From Carcharhinus longimanus (lineage: Eukaryota), in NCBI GenBank assembly GCA_030264375.1, contig JASCQW010000027.1:93546858-93610857 (forward strand): 64,000 bases of DNA, read 5' to 3'. Below, piece by piece: positions 41,467 through 53,513 of the stretch. Position numbers and translations under genes: made by a program. A model generated the notes under the pieces. That model did not search any database, was not told the origin of the DNA, and saw nothing but the letters and a program-made list of their open reading frames with translations. Each line of letters opens with the position of its first letter. Within the stretch, counting starts at the first letter, position 1.

Positions 41467-41698
41467 AGAGTCACAGAATACTTATAGCATGGGAGGAGGC
41501 CATTTGACTCCTTGTCTGTACTGACTCTCTGCAACATCCACCCATTCCCCCACCTTTTGCCCTCAGTCCTGCAATTTTTCTTCTTTACAGGTAATTATCC
41601 AATTCTGTTTTGTAAGCCACAACTGAACCTGCCTTTACCACAGACACACTGGCAGTACATTCCAGATCCTCACCACTCTTCCATTTTTTTGAGCACCT
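41467..41698 (-). mobile_element. CR1 LINE 3' end, interrupted by a SINE
   Basis: Tail ggaggaggccatttgactcc; YKTELDNYL peptide; appears to resume after 42017. Confidence 0.6.
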
Positions 41699-42016
41699 CA
41701 TAGAATCCCTACAGAACAGAAGTAGGCCATTCAGCCCATCAAGCCTACACCGACAACAATCTCGCCCAGGCACTATCCCTGTAACCCCATGTATTTAACC
41801 TCCTAATGGTCCTGACACTCAGGGGTAATTTAGCATGGCCAACCTAACCCGCACATCTTTGGAGCGTGGGAGGAAACCAGAGCACCCAGAAGAAACTCAT
41901 GCAGATACTGGGAGAATGTGCAAACTCCACACCGACAGTGACCTGAGGCCGGAGTTGAACCCAGATCCCTGACACTGTGAGGCAATAGTACTAACCACTG
42001 TGCCATCGTGCCGCCC
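41699..42016 (-). mobile_element. Full-length HE1-like V-SINE
   Basis: Reverse complement of gggcggcacgatggcacagtggttag head, V-domain and ctgtagggattctatg tail. Confidence 0.9.
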
Positions 42017-43099
42017 ACAATCAAATCTCCTCTCAGCTTCTCTTAACCACAATTGCTACCGTAAGTGGTTTATTTTGGCATGTCAAGCTAACAGCCAGAT
42101 CAAAAGATACATTTTAGAAGCACAATATTAAATGAAGCTCTCCAATCAAAACTAAATATATAAATTATTAAAAAGAAAATCACAACCCATGCTTTTTTAA
42201 AAAAATGTGATTAAACAGTCTATTCAGATTTAATCTAAATCAACAACCCCAGTGTAAATCTACGGTAGTATTCCTGGGAAAACTGAAGAGGTTCAGTCTC
42301 CCAAAAAAAAGTACATATACAGCTTTGTATTTTCAGCCAGTCACTGATCAATGCAAGACTATAATGGAACTGCAGTATCTCTCATCTGCTAAAGTACATT
42401 CATTAGGCTATTTAGCTATCAAAGCCTATTTACATCATTTTAAACATGAGAAAACATAACCGAAGGAAAAATATTCAGTCCATCCTCTCAGTACTCTAAT
42501 TGTCCCATTATATCATGGATGCCCCTTACTTTTATTCACCAATATTCATCACTATTCTTTGAGTAACGCTCTTCCTAGTAATCCAATTTAAATGGACTTT
42601 TCACTGACAAATTTATGACCCCTGGCTTTACTTTCGTGACTGAAACTTACTGGTTGCAAAAAAAGGAGTTGCTTAAGACAGGTGGATATTCCACCAGAGT
42701 AACCAGACTAACAGGCTTCCCTCTACTGTGATATACAAACAAAACTTACTGATGTGCATACTGATGCATTTTTAAGATTTACAATGATTTCAAGTAAAGA
42801 TGTATAAATGGCACACAGCCGATTGTTCATCAGAAACAGGTTTCCACCATTTTGGCCCTGCCCGAGTCTCTTCAGTCTTGCGATGCTGCTTGCACTGGAG
42901 GGTTCCCTCATCCACACGCGTTCACCACTACAATTTTTTAATGTTACTTCACTTGCGATATGAAGTGGAAACATCTGTGTGGTGCTGCACCACTCCTCAT
43001 TTCTGTGTCCACCAAGGTTTTAAGTGCTGATCACAACAGCCCAAACAGACATCTCCGTCCTTCCTAATGGAGGATTTCCCTTTATTGCACAATTAGACT

Positions 43100-46000
43100 T
43101 TAACTTATGTGAACCCTGGCATGCCGCTTGAGGTTGGTCATAGAAGCACACGAGTAGTTACACTGGTCACACTGGAAAGTTTCTTTCTTTATATGGTTCC
43201 TCATATGCCGTTTGAGGTTACCCAGTTGGGCAGAGACGTAGTTACACTGTGAACATTTATATGGCCTTCTGTAGTTGTGTATGTTCATGTGTCTTATGAG
43301 GTTGCTCTGGTACTGTGAGGCAAAATTGCACAATTTGCAAGAGAAGACTTTTTGTTCTTTGCTAAGGCTATTCTCAGTCTCCCCTTCCTGCTTTATCTCC
43401 ATCCTTTCCATGTGATTCTGTTTGTGGCGTTTAAAGGTTGCCTTGCTGTCAGATACAAACTTGCAGTGGTTACATTGGTAAGATTCCTTTCCTGCATGTG
43501 TTCGAAGGTGCCTTTTGACATTGACTAACTGGGTGGAAGCATAATTACACTGGCTGCATTTGAAGGGCTTTTCTCCTTTGTGGCTCCTGATGTGTCGATT
43601 AAGATTCCCCAATTCTACAGTTTCATAATAGCAATGTGAACATTTATACTGCCTCTTCCTTTTCAAATTCCTTGAAACGCAGCCGGGCAAAGAACTGCTT
43701 GCCTCACAGGAGGGAGGCTGATCATCATTTTCAAAGTTATCTTCCTGCGCAGACAGACCATTCTCTGACTCTTTTTTAATGCTAATGCTGTCTGATTGCA
43801 CCAGTTCAGCTCCTTCAGAAGAGGGGGAATCCAAATGGCTGGATGCTTGTTTCATGTGTGTTTGCAAATGCCTCTTCAAGTTTGCAAAATTAATGGATGC
43901 ATAGTTGCACTTGTTGCATTTAAATGGTCTTACACCCAAATGAACCTGGATGTGGCGCTTGAAGTTGCCAGATTGCTTGGTGGTATAGTTGCAGTGGGAG
44001 CACTGGTACTCACTTTTGCTGTTGCTGTGTGTTTTCATGTGTGCTTTCATGTGCATTATGAAGTGGTTGGGATACTGGGTGACAAAACTGCACAGTTTAC
44101 AAGAGAAGATGTTTTCACTAGTTTGATGGACAATTGTCTCTTTGGAAGATGGCTGCGGGTCACTAGACGCAGAGCCTGAATTGTGTGTTTTCATGTGTCC
44201 CATTAAATCGTTTAGGTGTTCTGTGATGAAGTCACACAGATTGCAAGAAAAACGCTTCTGAGCATTTTCATTCTCTCTTTCTTCCTTGCACTGTGGCTCT
44301 CCGCCATTGTCCACGCGATTCTGCAAGTGCTCTTTCCAACTGGTTATGCTGCAAGTAGAATAGGTGCATTGGCCACACTGGTAAGACTTTTTACCCGTGC
44401 GAAGCTGTTGGGTCCCCATATTTTTCCTGGCCACCTCTGCATGTGTCTTCATGTGCCTTGCAAGAATACTTGGGTACTGGGCTTTAAAATTACACAACAT
44501 ACAACAATAGGGTTTCTCGGATTTCACCGAACTGCTGCCCTCCCCCAAGGATGTCTTTTCTGTGTGAATTTGCTTGTGTCTCTTCAAGTTCTCCATGCGG
44601 CTACAAGTGTAATTACACTCATCACACCTGAAGGGTTTTTCCCCAGTGTGGATCAATATGTGCCGTTTAAGGTTACCTTGCTGTACTGTTGCATATTCAC
44701 AGTAGTGACACTTATAGGGCTTCTCTGAGTTGTGTGTCTTCATATGCCTCATGAGGTGGCCTGGGTACTCTGAGATAAAGTTACACAGCTTGCAGGAATA
44801 AAGTTCCTGAGCCTTTTCATTCCCATTCTCATCGTCTTCCAACAACAATTCTTTCTTGACATGACTCTCCTTGTGCTCCTTTAATTCCACTGCACTGCTG
44901 CAGGTATAATAACAAATGCCACATTTGAACGACTTGGGCCGAGTATGAGTTAATATGTGACGTTTGAGATTTCCTGACTGATGAGATGCATATTCGCACT
45001 GATCACATTTGAAAGGCTTTTCTCCTAGATGAATCCGGATGTGCCGTTGCAGATTCCCTGATAAAGAAGATACGTAATTACAGTATGTGCATTTGTAAGG
45101 CTTCTTTTCTCCACTTCCAGTTTTCTCAGTGTGGTCTTGCTGGTGCTGCTTTAGGTCAGCCATGCTGTCACAAACATAGTCACACAAGCGACACTTAAGG
45201 GATTTTTTGTGTGTGTGGGTCTGTCTGTGCCTCTTAAGATGCCCTGACTGATAAGTTGCATAGTCGCATTGGTCACATTTGAAGGGTTTCTCTCCCAGGT
45301 GAATTCGAGTGTGCCTTTGGAGGTTCCCCAACAGCAATGACGTATAATCGCAATATAAACATTTGTAAGGCTTCTCCTCCCCGATTTTTGTTGCAACTTG
45401 CTCGGCAGTATCGGTTGAGGCTTCATCGGTGACATTTTGTTTATCTTGCAGGTGCTTTTCCTTATCTCGGTGAAGCTTTTCCTTTATGTGAATCTCTTTA
45501 TGCTGTTTTAAGTCTAATAAGTTACTACAGCTGTAGCCACAGCTCCGGCATTTGAACATCTTTTCACGTGTATGAGTGAGCGAATGACGCTTAAGATTCC
45601 CCATCTGACAGGAAGAATAATCACATTTGTTGCACTTGAAAGGTTTCTCCCCCAAATGAATACGGGTGTGTCGTTGGAGATTTCCGAGCAATGGTGATGC
45701 ATAGCTACAATACAAACATTTATATGGCTTCCCCTCACTATTTGCTTTCATCGTGGTTGCATCCAATTCATTATTTTGCAATAAACTTTTATCGTCTTTG
45801 TGGCTTTGTTTGTGCCGCATCAAGTCCGCCATACTGGCCCCTGTATAGTCACACTGGCTACACTTGAAAGACTTTTTCCTTGTGTGTATCAGCATATGAC
45901 GCTTGAGATTCCCCATCTGACCAGACGCATAGTCACACTGGTTACACGTGAACGACTTTTTCTGGGTATGCGTGAGCTTATGGCGCTTCAAGTTTCCTGA

Positions 46001-46749
46001 CTGGCCAGTTGCATAGTAGCACTGGTCACACTTAAAGGGCTTTTCTCCAAGGTGAATTCGGATGTGGCGCTGTAGATTCCCCATCAGTGATGAGGTATAG
46101 CTGCAATATGAGCAATGGTAAAGCTTCTTTTCTTCACTTCCTCCGGTGGACATGTCACAATCTGCCCGTGAGGGGAAGAGCTTCTTTGAAGCAGCACTAC
46201 CTTTTCGTTCTGACAAAGGTTTATTTTTCATGTGCTTCCTCTTGTGCCGTGTTAGGGCTATCATATGATCACAGGTAAAATCACAGTAGCTGCACCTGAT
46301 GGCCTTCTTCTGGGTTTGGACAAGGGCTTCTAATTGGTCAGATGTATTGTCACACGTCAAAGGCTTCTCTCCTTCATGGCTCAGAAAATGATGCTTATCC
46401 ACGTGATTAGTTTTAGAATTGCTGTCAGAACATTTATTCAGTTTGTCATCCAGTGCTTCGGTTTTGTTCAGACTGTCACAACGCATAGAAGTTTCCTTAA
46501 AACCACAGTTGTCTTCCAACATACTGCCTACACTGCCTTCCATGCTGTTCTGACTGACAAAGCCATTCGTCTGCTGAGGAAAACTGTCACAACAGTCTGT
46601 CAGCATTTTAAGTGGCTTTGGGGTAGATTTTACTTGGTTACCCACCATCGCAATATCATTTTGCTGCTCCTTTCCAGTTTTGCGTCGTTTGCAGCTTGGC
46701 GAAAACTCTCCATTGTCATTTGCATGAATAAGGTCCAAGCTATCAGAAC
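43100..46749 (-). CDS. Large terminal exon of a multi-C2H2 zinc-finger protein (28 intact and 1 degenerate finger; ZNF513-like finger cassettes)
   Basis: 3.6 kb stop-free ORF with CxxC-x12-HxxxH fingers and (T/L)GEKPF linkers. The listed start is TTG, 11 nt downstream of a ttttatttgcag| acceptor (intron ends 46750, phase 1, frame open), so this is a spliced exon. First in-exon ATG is at 46648. AATAAA at 43081-43086 follows the stop. Confidence 0.93.
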
Positions 46750-47499
46750 CTGCAAATAAAAATCAACACAATCAGTTTATTGGGCAGTGCCAGTTGGCAA
46801 GAAACACCAACATAAATAAAGTCTCATTCTACCAACAGAGCTACAGTACCAGCAGTTGTGATGGGCAACAATCGCGATGCAGGATATATTAAATTCAGTA
46901 TTTTACTAACATGGTACATACTTTTCTGCATTTTCATTTCCAATGCCTTTTACAAAAAGCATTGGGTTTAACAAAAACCAAACATAAACTGCAATAATTA
47001 GATGGGGGTGATATAAACTGCAATTCAGTGAAAGTCAAAAAGAAGCCACAAAAAAAAACAGAAAATCTATTCTCCACAGAATAAATGTTGCATTTATTAT
47101 GTATCAAGGTGTGTTAGATCTAAGGTCCTCTGTGACAGAAAACTAAAAGACTTTCATTTTTCTTTCAGGTTTGAGCTTAACCCAGGCAGATAGGATGAAA
47201 ATCTCTGAAGTACATTACGGTAAAAATGACCCACTGGTTATGAAGTGCTTTCAGATGCCCTAAAGGCAATAAAGCAGAATGACAAGGTTTTCTTCTTTGC
47301 TGACTAATAAAAAAAGAAATTGGATAGTCTGCAGTCTTCTTAAAATGCAAATTTTGCCTGTAAAACAACAGCACTCAGAAACTTAAAAGATGGAATTATA
47401 AAGTGCCAGCGGGGAGCGAGGGGCATGTGGATAATATTTCTGCAATAGTAAAGAGAGAGGAATGCCTATAAGGGAACACGATGGGGTGAGGGGAGAAAG

Positions 47500-47551
47500 A
47501 GTGTGTGTGTGTGTGTGTGTGTTTGTGTTTGTGTGGGGGGGGGGGGGGGGT
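47500..47551. repeat. (GT)n microsatellite followed by a poly-G run
   Basis: Seen directly in the sequence. Confidence 0.9.
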
Positions 47552-50095
47552 GGAAGCAGGGGAGAAACAAATCATTCTTTTTGGATAGTGTTAAAAAGAA
47601 CTTGAATCTAGATCTGAGGCATGGGAGAGTTGACCTAAGGATTTTCGTTATAGACATTTGGGGCAAAAAGCCAAGTTCCATACCATCTACATGGACCTAA
47701 CATTTATAAACTCCAAACATCTGAAATATGCAGAACAATTAAAAAGCAAAAAAAAACACAGCAGTTTATATAATGAGTTAAAGCTCCACCTTATTATTTC
47801 GGTCTTCAGTGTTGGCATTCAGAAATGCTTGTCATATGACGAGCGAAATTTCTTTACTGTGAAGTACACATATAAAGTACGTAATCAGAAAATGCCTGAC
47901 CAAGGTCACATTTTAAACTGACAGCATAAAGGAAGGTTAATCCAACTGGCAGCTCAGAACAGAATGTGGCAGACCATGATGAAAACCAGAAAAAAAAATG
48001 CAGGTAGGTAACTATAACTCATTGACTGCCGATTTCAGGAATTTTCACATGAAGGCTCATTTTAGGGAAAGGGCTCAACTGCTATATTTTGCCCAGGACG
48101 ACTTTCCTACAGATATGTTACATCTAGATTTTATAAAAACAAGAAAAAACATTTTTCACTCTCTTCCTGGATTCTGCCTCTTCTCAGTGTGTCATACTGG
48201 TGTACAATTCCATGGGCAAAATCTATCATCTCAGCTAGTGAATGTTAAAAGGTTGTTTGCATGGGTGGAGAGGCAAAGATAATTTTTATTAATTAAATTC
48301 AAATTCCATCAGCTGCTGTGGTGGGATTTAAACGAGTGCCCCCTGATGAATAACCTGGTCAGATGAATTACTAGTCCAGTGACACAACCACTATGCTATC
48401 ATTTTTCTCTCTATATATCTTGTCAGTAGGACTCAGTAGATAATGATCAAGAGCGAGGATCTTTGCTATTTTCTTCCCCCGACCCAAAGATACTGCAGTT
48501 ATACCTCTATACCTGCCTGAATGGAGATCTGCTCTCTGTGCAGGCCACAAACTGAAGTGTGGGCTTTGCTTCTCTGTATGGCTCAGAATGAATATAAGTG
48601 GTCACAGATGGTGAACCAATTGAGAGTGCCAATTATTTTTTAAGTGAGTAAACCCCACAATCAGGAGTGATGCAGGAATGCCAGCATTTCATAAATGGGA
48701 GACTCAAACAAAAATTCAAATCAAATCTTCACAAGCACGTGAATTGCAACATGTTATGGGAAAAATCCTTTTGTCAAATTTTATTTTTAAGATGGCCGTT
48801 CTTTGTTGCCTCTGATGTGTCATGTGGCAAATAGTTAAAGCAGTGGCATCAGCCTTCGTCAGTAAATATTCTGTCATTCCCAAAATCCTAAGGTTAACTG
48901 AACAGGGAAAAACAATGGATCAGAACATGTAATGGGAACAGTGACGTCTACATGGGCTTCATTACAATCAGAAACATATCACTATTGGGCAACATTTGAA
49001 ACAGAAAACAAGGGAAACAATTATCCCCAATCATGCCCCGTGAAAATCACAAGAAAGCATCAACACTTTCATAGAGGTATTAGAGGCTACATTGGTGAAA
49101 TCATTAGCACAGTGCTCAGGTGTGGTAAACATTTGCATTAGCAGGGTACCAAAAATTTGATTGTATTTGCACGTCTGGGACATTGACCAGCTCCAAACTT
49201 TAAGATTAAGTCTGCTCTTGAGCAACAATGAGCAACATCACTTATATGAACAGAAGTTCCGAGAAATTTAAAAACTGTAGCTTTTCTACTTTAGAAAAGC
49301 GAATGCTGTGAATAGCAGTAGCTGAAATATCGAAAGTTGCAAACTTAAAAAAAGTAATTAATTGTTCAGTACCGTGTAGTTTTCACAACCTAAAAGTCAG
49401 GAGTATAGGGGGTAAGAAAGGAAGCCAGATGACTTCAAGTTATTTTCCACCCAAAAGTTGAAGAAAGAATTTAAAAAAGGTTAGGTAAAGAACAACAGTG
49501 TTAATGAGTTGAAGAGACAATTAAATACTTTTCTGGAGGGAGATAAGAAGTAGTATAGGATTTATAAAGCAAGGACTAGGGTATTCGATTAAATTTCTCT
49601 ATCCGTTCCTAATAATTCTAGTATTACAATGTTAATTTTTTGTGATAGAACGGCAAGTCTAGCAACAATATCAATGTAAAACGATAAGTTATACCTCATT
49701 AGAAAAGTAGCAACAGCTGGGTAGACAGTTAAGAACAGGACAAGAAAAATACTTTATATGCAAGAAGATTTGCATGTTGGCAAGATCACAGCTGCAACCT
49801 GCCAGCCATTTTAAAAATATACACCATTTCAAGCTATCAACAAGGTTTGGTGGCTCAGTGGTAAGTTAAACAAGTTTTCAGTCACACAAAGCTAAACCAA
49901 ATCTAAAAAGAAGATGCAGTCATACCTTAATAAAAACTCATGATATATTTAAGAAAACAAGTCATGTTGCCCATCACTGACCAGAAGTAATGCTACTCTG
50001 CTGAAATTTACTGAAAGCAAAACAATTATTTTCACAAACAGTTAATCTGTAAATGCAAATAAAAAAGTCTATTTCTGTGCAGTAGCGCTACTTAC

Positions 50096-50137
50096 CGTAG
50101 CAGATTGGTTTAAGCCCCAAGTATTGATCCAGGGTCA
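50096..50137 (-). CDS. Candidate 42-bp phase-1/phase-1 micro-exon of the zinc-finger gene
   Basis: Minus strand reads tctttgttcttcag|TG ACC CTG GAT CAA TAC TTG GGG CTT AAA CCA ATC TGC TAC G|gtaagt; strong splice sites, no stop, phase matches the 46749 acceptor. Confidence 0.55.
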
Positions 50138-51951
50138 CTGAAGAACAAAGACCAAGTGGATAAATGGGTCATTTTCCTTGCGCAACCAAGTGTGTAGTAT
50201 TGAAAAAGCCATACTCTATACGGTATTAGAATTGCTGCAATAGCATTAGCAGAGTAGAAATATAGAAAAATTCCTCTTTTTAACAGAGGCCATGTAAACC
50301 ACTTCCTTTGGTCAGGTCCAGGGAACCTGACACACATCTCAAATCGATTTATTCTCTTTTTTTAAATAAAGCTCATTCACAGAATGTGGGTTTTGTTAGC
50401 AAGGTCAACATTTATTGCCCATCCTTAATTGCCCTTCAAGTGCTGGCAGTGAAGAACTAATTGCCTTCTTGACAACTGAGGGACTTGCTAGGCCATTTCT
50501 GAGGGCAGTTAAATGTTAATCGCACTGCTGTGGTCCTGAAGTCACCTAGGTAAAGATGGCAGATTTCCTTCTCTAAAGGACACTAGTGAATCAGATGGCC
50601 TTTTCCAATATCCAATAGTTATATGGTCATCTGTAATGATAGAAAACTGAGATATAGAAAATAGGAGTTGGCCATTTGGCCCATTGAGCCTGCTCCACCA
50701 TTCATTTTGATCGTGGCTGATCATCAAATTCAATATCCTGACCCTGCCTTGCCCCATACCCCCGATTCCTATAGAAATATTGCAATGTTATGTTCTTGCA
50801 CATTTTTTAGATTGTGCAAATACATAAGCAATAATAAATTGCATCAAAATTGAAATCATACTAAAACCCATTCGAACCATTGAAAAGTTACAGTGCAGAA
50901 ACAGGCCATTCAGGCCGTCATCCATCATATCTGTGCTGGCCAAAAAGAGAAAAAATGGCACTTGCCAATCATTTTAATCCCATTTTCCAGCACCTGGACC
51001 ATAGCCTCACAGGTTACATCACTTCAGAAGCAGATCCTTTCATTTGAGTTGAGCACTTCGGCCTTAACCACCAATCAGGCAGAAAATTCCAGATGCTCAC
51101 CAACCTTTGGGTGAAAAAGTGCTTCCCCCATGTCCCCTCTAATCCATCTACTAATCACCTTAAATGTATACCAGCTAGGAATTGACCTCTAAGCTGAGAG
51201 AAACAAAGTGCTTGGGAAGCAAAGTAATTAATATTCAGTCATTTAGCATGAAGTGTCACACCCATTAGTTACTACACTGCAGTGCATCAGGATGATGGTT
51301 AACTCTGTGACTGGTTTAAGGACAACTGTGGAATTTTGTTCAGCTCAAAATTATGAGGTAATTAATAGCACAAGAGATCATGGAATGAGCTGCTCCGCAT
51401 AGTTCATGAGGCCTCTTGTTCCACAAGTCACTTCCCATAAATTATGTAATGTGTCATTTTTTAACCAAATGCCCATGGATGTACAGTGAATTCCATGTAA
51501 AAACACTTTTGATCCCAGAATTCTCAACTGTTCCGACTTAGGTCAGTAGATTCCTAAACTCTCTTCAAAAAAACGAGTGCCCTGTCATTATTGAACAATT
51601 TTGTCACTTCAATTGCAAAGTTGACTCCCAGAGCAAATGTTCGTACTTGCTTACTCTCAGAAACACAATATTACTCCTTTCTGTGCCAAGTTATGCCAAA
51701 TTTCATTCACTATTATACAGATTTCCTAGACACAACACAAAACTTTGGCTTTAATTATTTGTACATTAATGCTCAGTGTATGAGAAAGACCAAACTATCA
51801 CCTAATTTGACCCAAAGACAGAAGCACATGATAGTACTCTATAAGAGATGGCGAGTACAAAGATAGCATGGTTTGACATTTCAATTTGTGATGACATATG
51901 GATTGAACTTGAGAGGTTGGAAAAGCTGTTCATACTCCAGCCAGTACGTAC

Positions 51952-52006
51952 CATCATCAAAACACAATCCAAATTCAAGCACAACCTCTCCCGACAAATC
52001 AGACAT
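51952..52006 (-). CDS. Candidate first coding exon of the zinc-finger gene (MSDLSGEVVLEFGLCFDD)
   Basis: ATG at 52006 preceded by an in-frame TGA; 18 codons plus G|gtacgt donor in phase 1; joins in frame to either 50137 or 46749. Confidence 0.45.
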
Positions 52007-52206
52007 TCATTTCTCAGTAAAAAAAAGCATAATAAAATTGCCTCTCATATTGTGTCAATGCTGTTATAACAGTTCACAATTTTTATAATGAAGGAAAACA
52101 AGTAAGAATATCACAGATTTGACAGGGCGCAGTGTTTCTGTATAAAGTCATCCTTAACCCCAGATCACTTGATACATGAAATAAAATAAAAAGGTTACAG
52201 ACATTA

Positions 52207-53210
52207 AGGGGACAATGGTGCGATGGTATTAATGGGCTAGTAAACGTCCTGGGAACACAAGTTCAAATTTGAATTTAAGTAATTAATAAATTTGGAATTA
52301 AAGCACAGGATCAGTAATCAATATCATTGTGGTATAAACCCATCTAGTTCATTCACATTCTTTAGAGAAGCTCTGGGAATCCACAACATTGATTCTAAAT
52401 CCCATGAAGGTTCATGGCATCAAAAAGGGCAAGAAAACTTCCTGCTGATTATCATCTACCACCCTTCCTCAGCTGACCAAGATGAACTCAAATTGGAAAA
52501 AAGCACCAAGGGTGGCGAGAACACAGAATGTATTCTGGGTGGTGAAACTTCAATGCTCATCACCAAGACTGACCCATTAGTACCACTCCTGCCCAAACTG
52601 GCTGAGTCCTGAAGGACATAGCTGCTAGATGGGTCTGCGGCAAATGATAAGGGAACTAACAAGAGCAATAAACCTACTTGACCTTGTCCTCATAAATCAA
52701 CCTGTCACAGGTGCACCTGTCCATGAGAACATCGGTAGGAGTGACCGCCACACAGTCCTTGTAGAGATTAAGTTATAGAACTAACCCACTGTTCTTAATT
52801 GAATAGATTCAGAACTGATCCAGCAGCTTGAAACTAGGCCTGAAGCAGTGTTGGCTATCAGCAGAACTGTATACGGTATTCAACCATAATCTGTGACTTC
52901 ATGGTCCAGCATGAAGTCACTCTACCAGTAGCATCAATCCAGGGGACCAACCATAGTTCAACAATAAGCGCAGCAGCAGCAGCAGCATCAGGCATATATA
53001 AAAATAAAGTGCCAACTTGGTGAATCTACAACATAGGGTGGCACGCATGCTAAACAGCAATATGCAATAGGCAGAATAATGCAATCTTTTACCAACAGGA
53101 ACCAACAGGTTCTACAGTCCTAGCACATCCAGTCATGAATAGAGGTGGATAATTAAATAATGCGCCAAAGGAGGCTGCTTCACAAACATCCCATTCTCAA
53201 GAATTAGTGA
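52207..53210 (+). mobile_element. LINE 5' part (tRNA-like head and APE endonuclease region), CR1/L2 group
   Basis: GQENFLLIIIYHPSSADQ, TRAINLLDLVLIN and IGRSDRHTV resemble APE endonuclease motifs; head shared with 48280-48405, 56520-56850 and 62228-62690. Confidence 0.65.
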
Positions 53211-53216
53211 GCAAAG

Positions 53217-53513
53217 AACAAAAAACAGCCCGGGAAACAGGCCCTTCGGCCCAACGAGCCCGTGCCGCCATCTCAACACCACCAGTCCCCCTCTCCACCC
53301 ACGACCCTTGTCTAATGTTTTATGGCCAACCAGATTGAGGGAAACTGATTTACGGACAATTTATTACTGCCAATCAGCCTAACAGCACATCTTTGGGGTG
53401 TGGGAGGAAACCGGAGCACCCGGATCCAACGACCACCAAGTGGCCGCAAGGGAGCCGGTCAAGCAGGTTAGGCTTGCTTCTGACTTTGATGCTGTGGGGC
53501 GTGGATCCCACCT
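53217..53513 (-). mobile_element. Young V-SINE-related element with an atypical 5' head; second copy starts at about 39528
   Basis: Partial V-domain (gggtgctccggtttcctcccacaccccaaagatgtgc), CR1-type tail (gggccgaagggcctgtttc), gcaaag repeated at both flanks; about 75 bp nearly identical at 39528-39603. Confidence 0.75.

Noticed and set aside
42723-43030. ORFs just downstream of the zinc-finger stop, considered as possible readthrough or an extra exon
   Set aside because: An in-frame stop follows within six codons and no finger motifs are present; treated as 3' UTR
43796-46759. Plus-strand and alternative-frame ORFs overlapping the zinc-finger exon
   Set aside because: Shadow ORFs from the repetitive codon pattern; no recognisable domains
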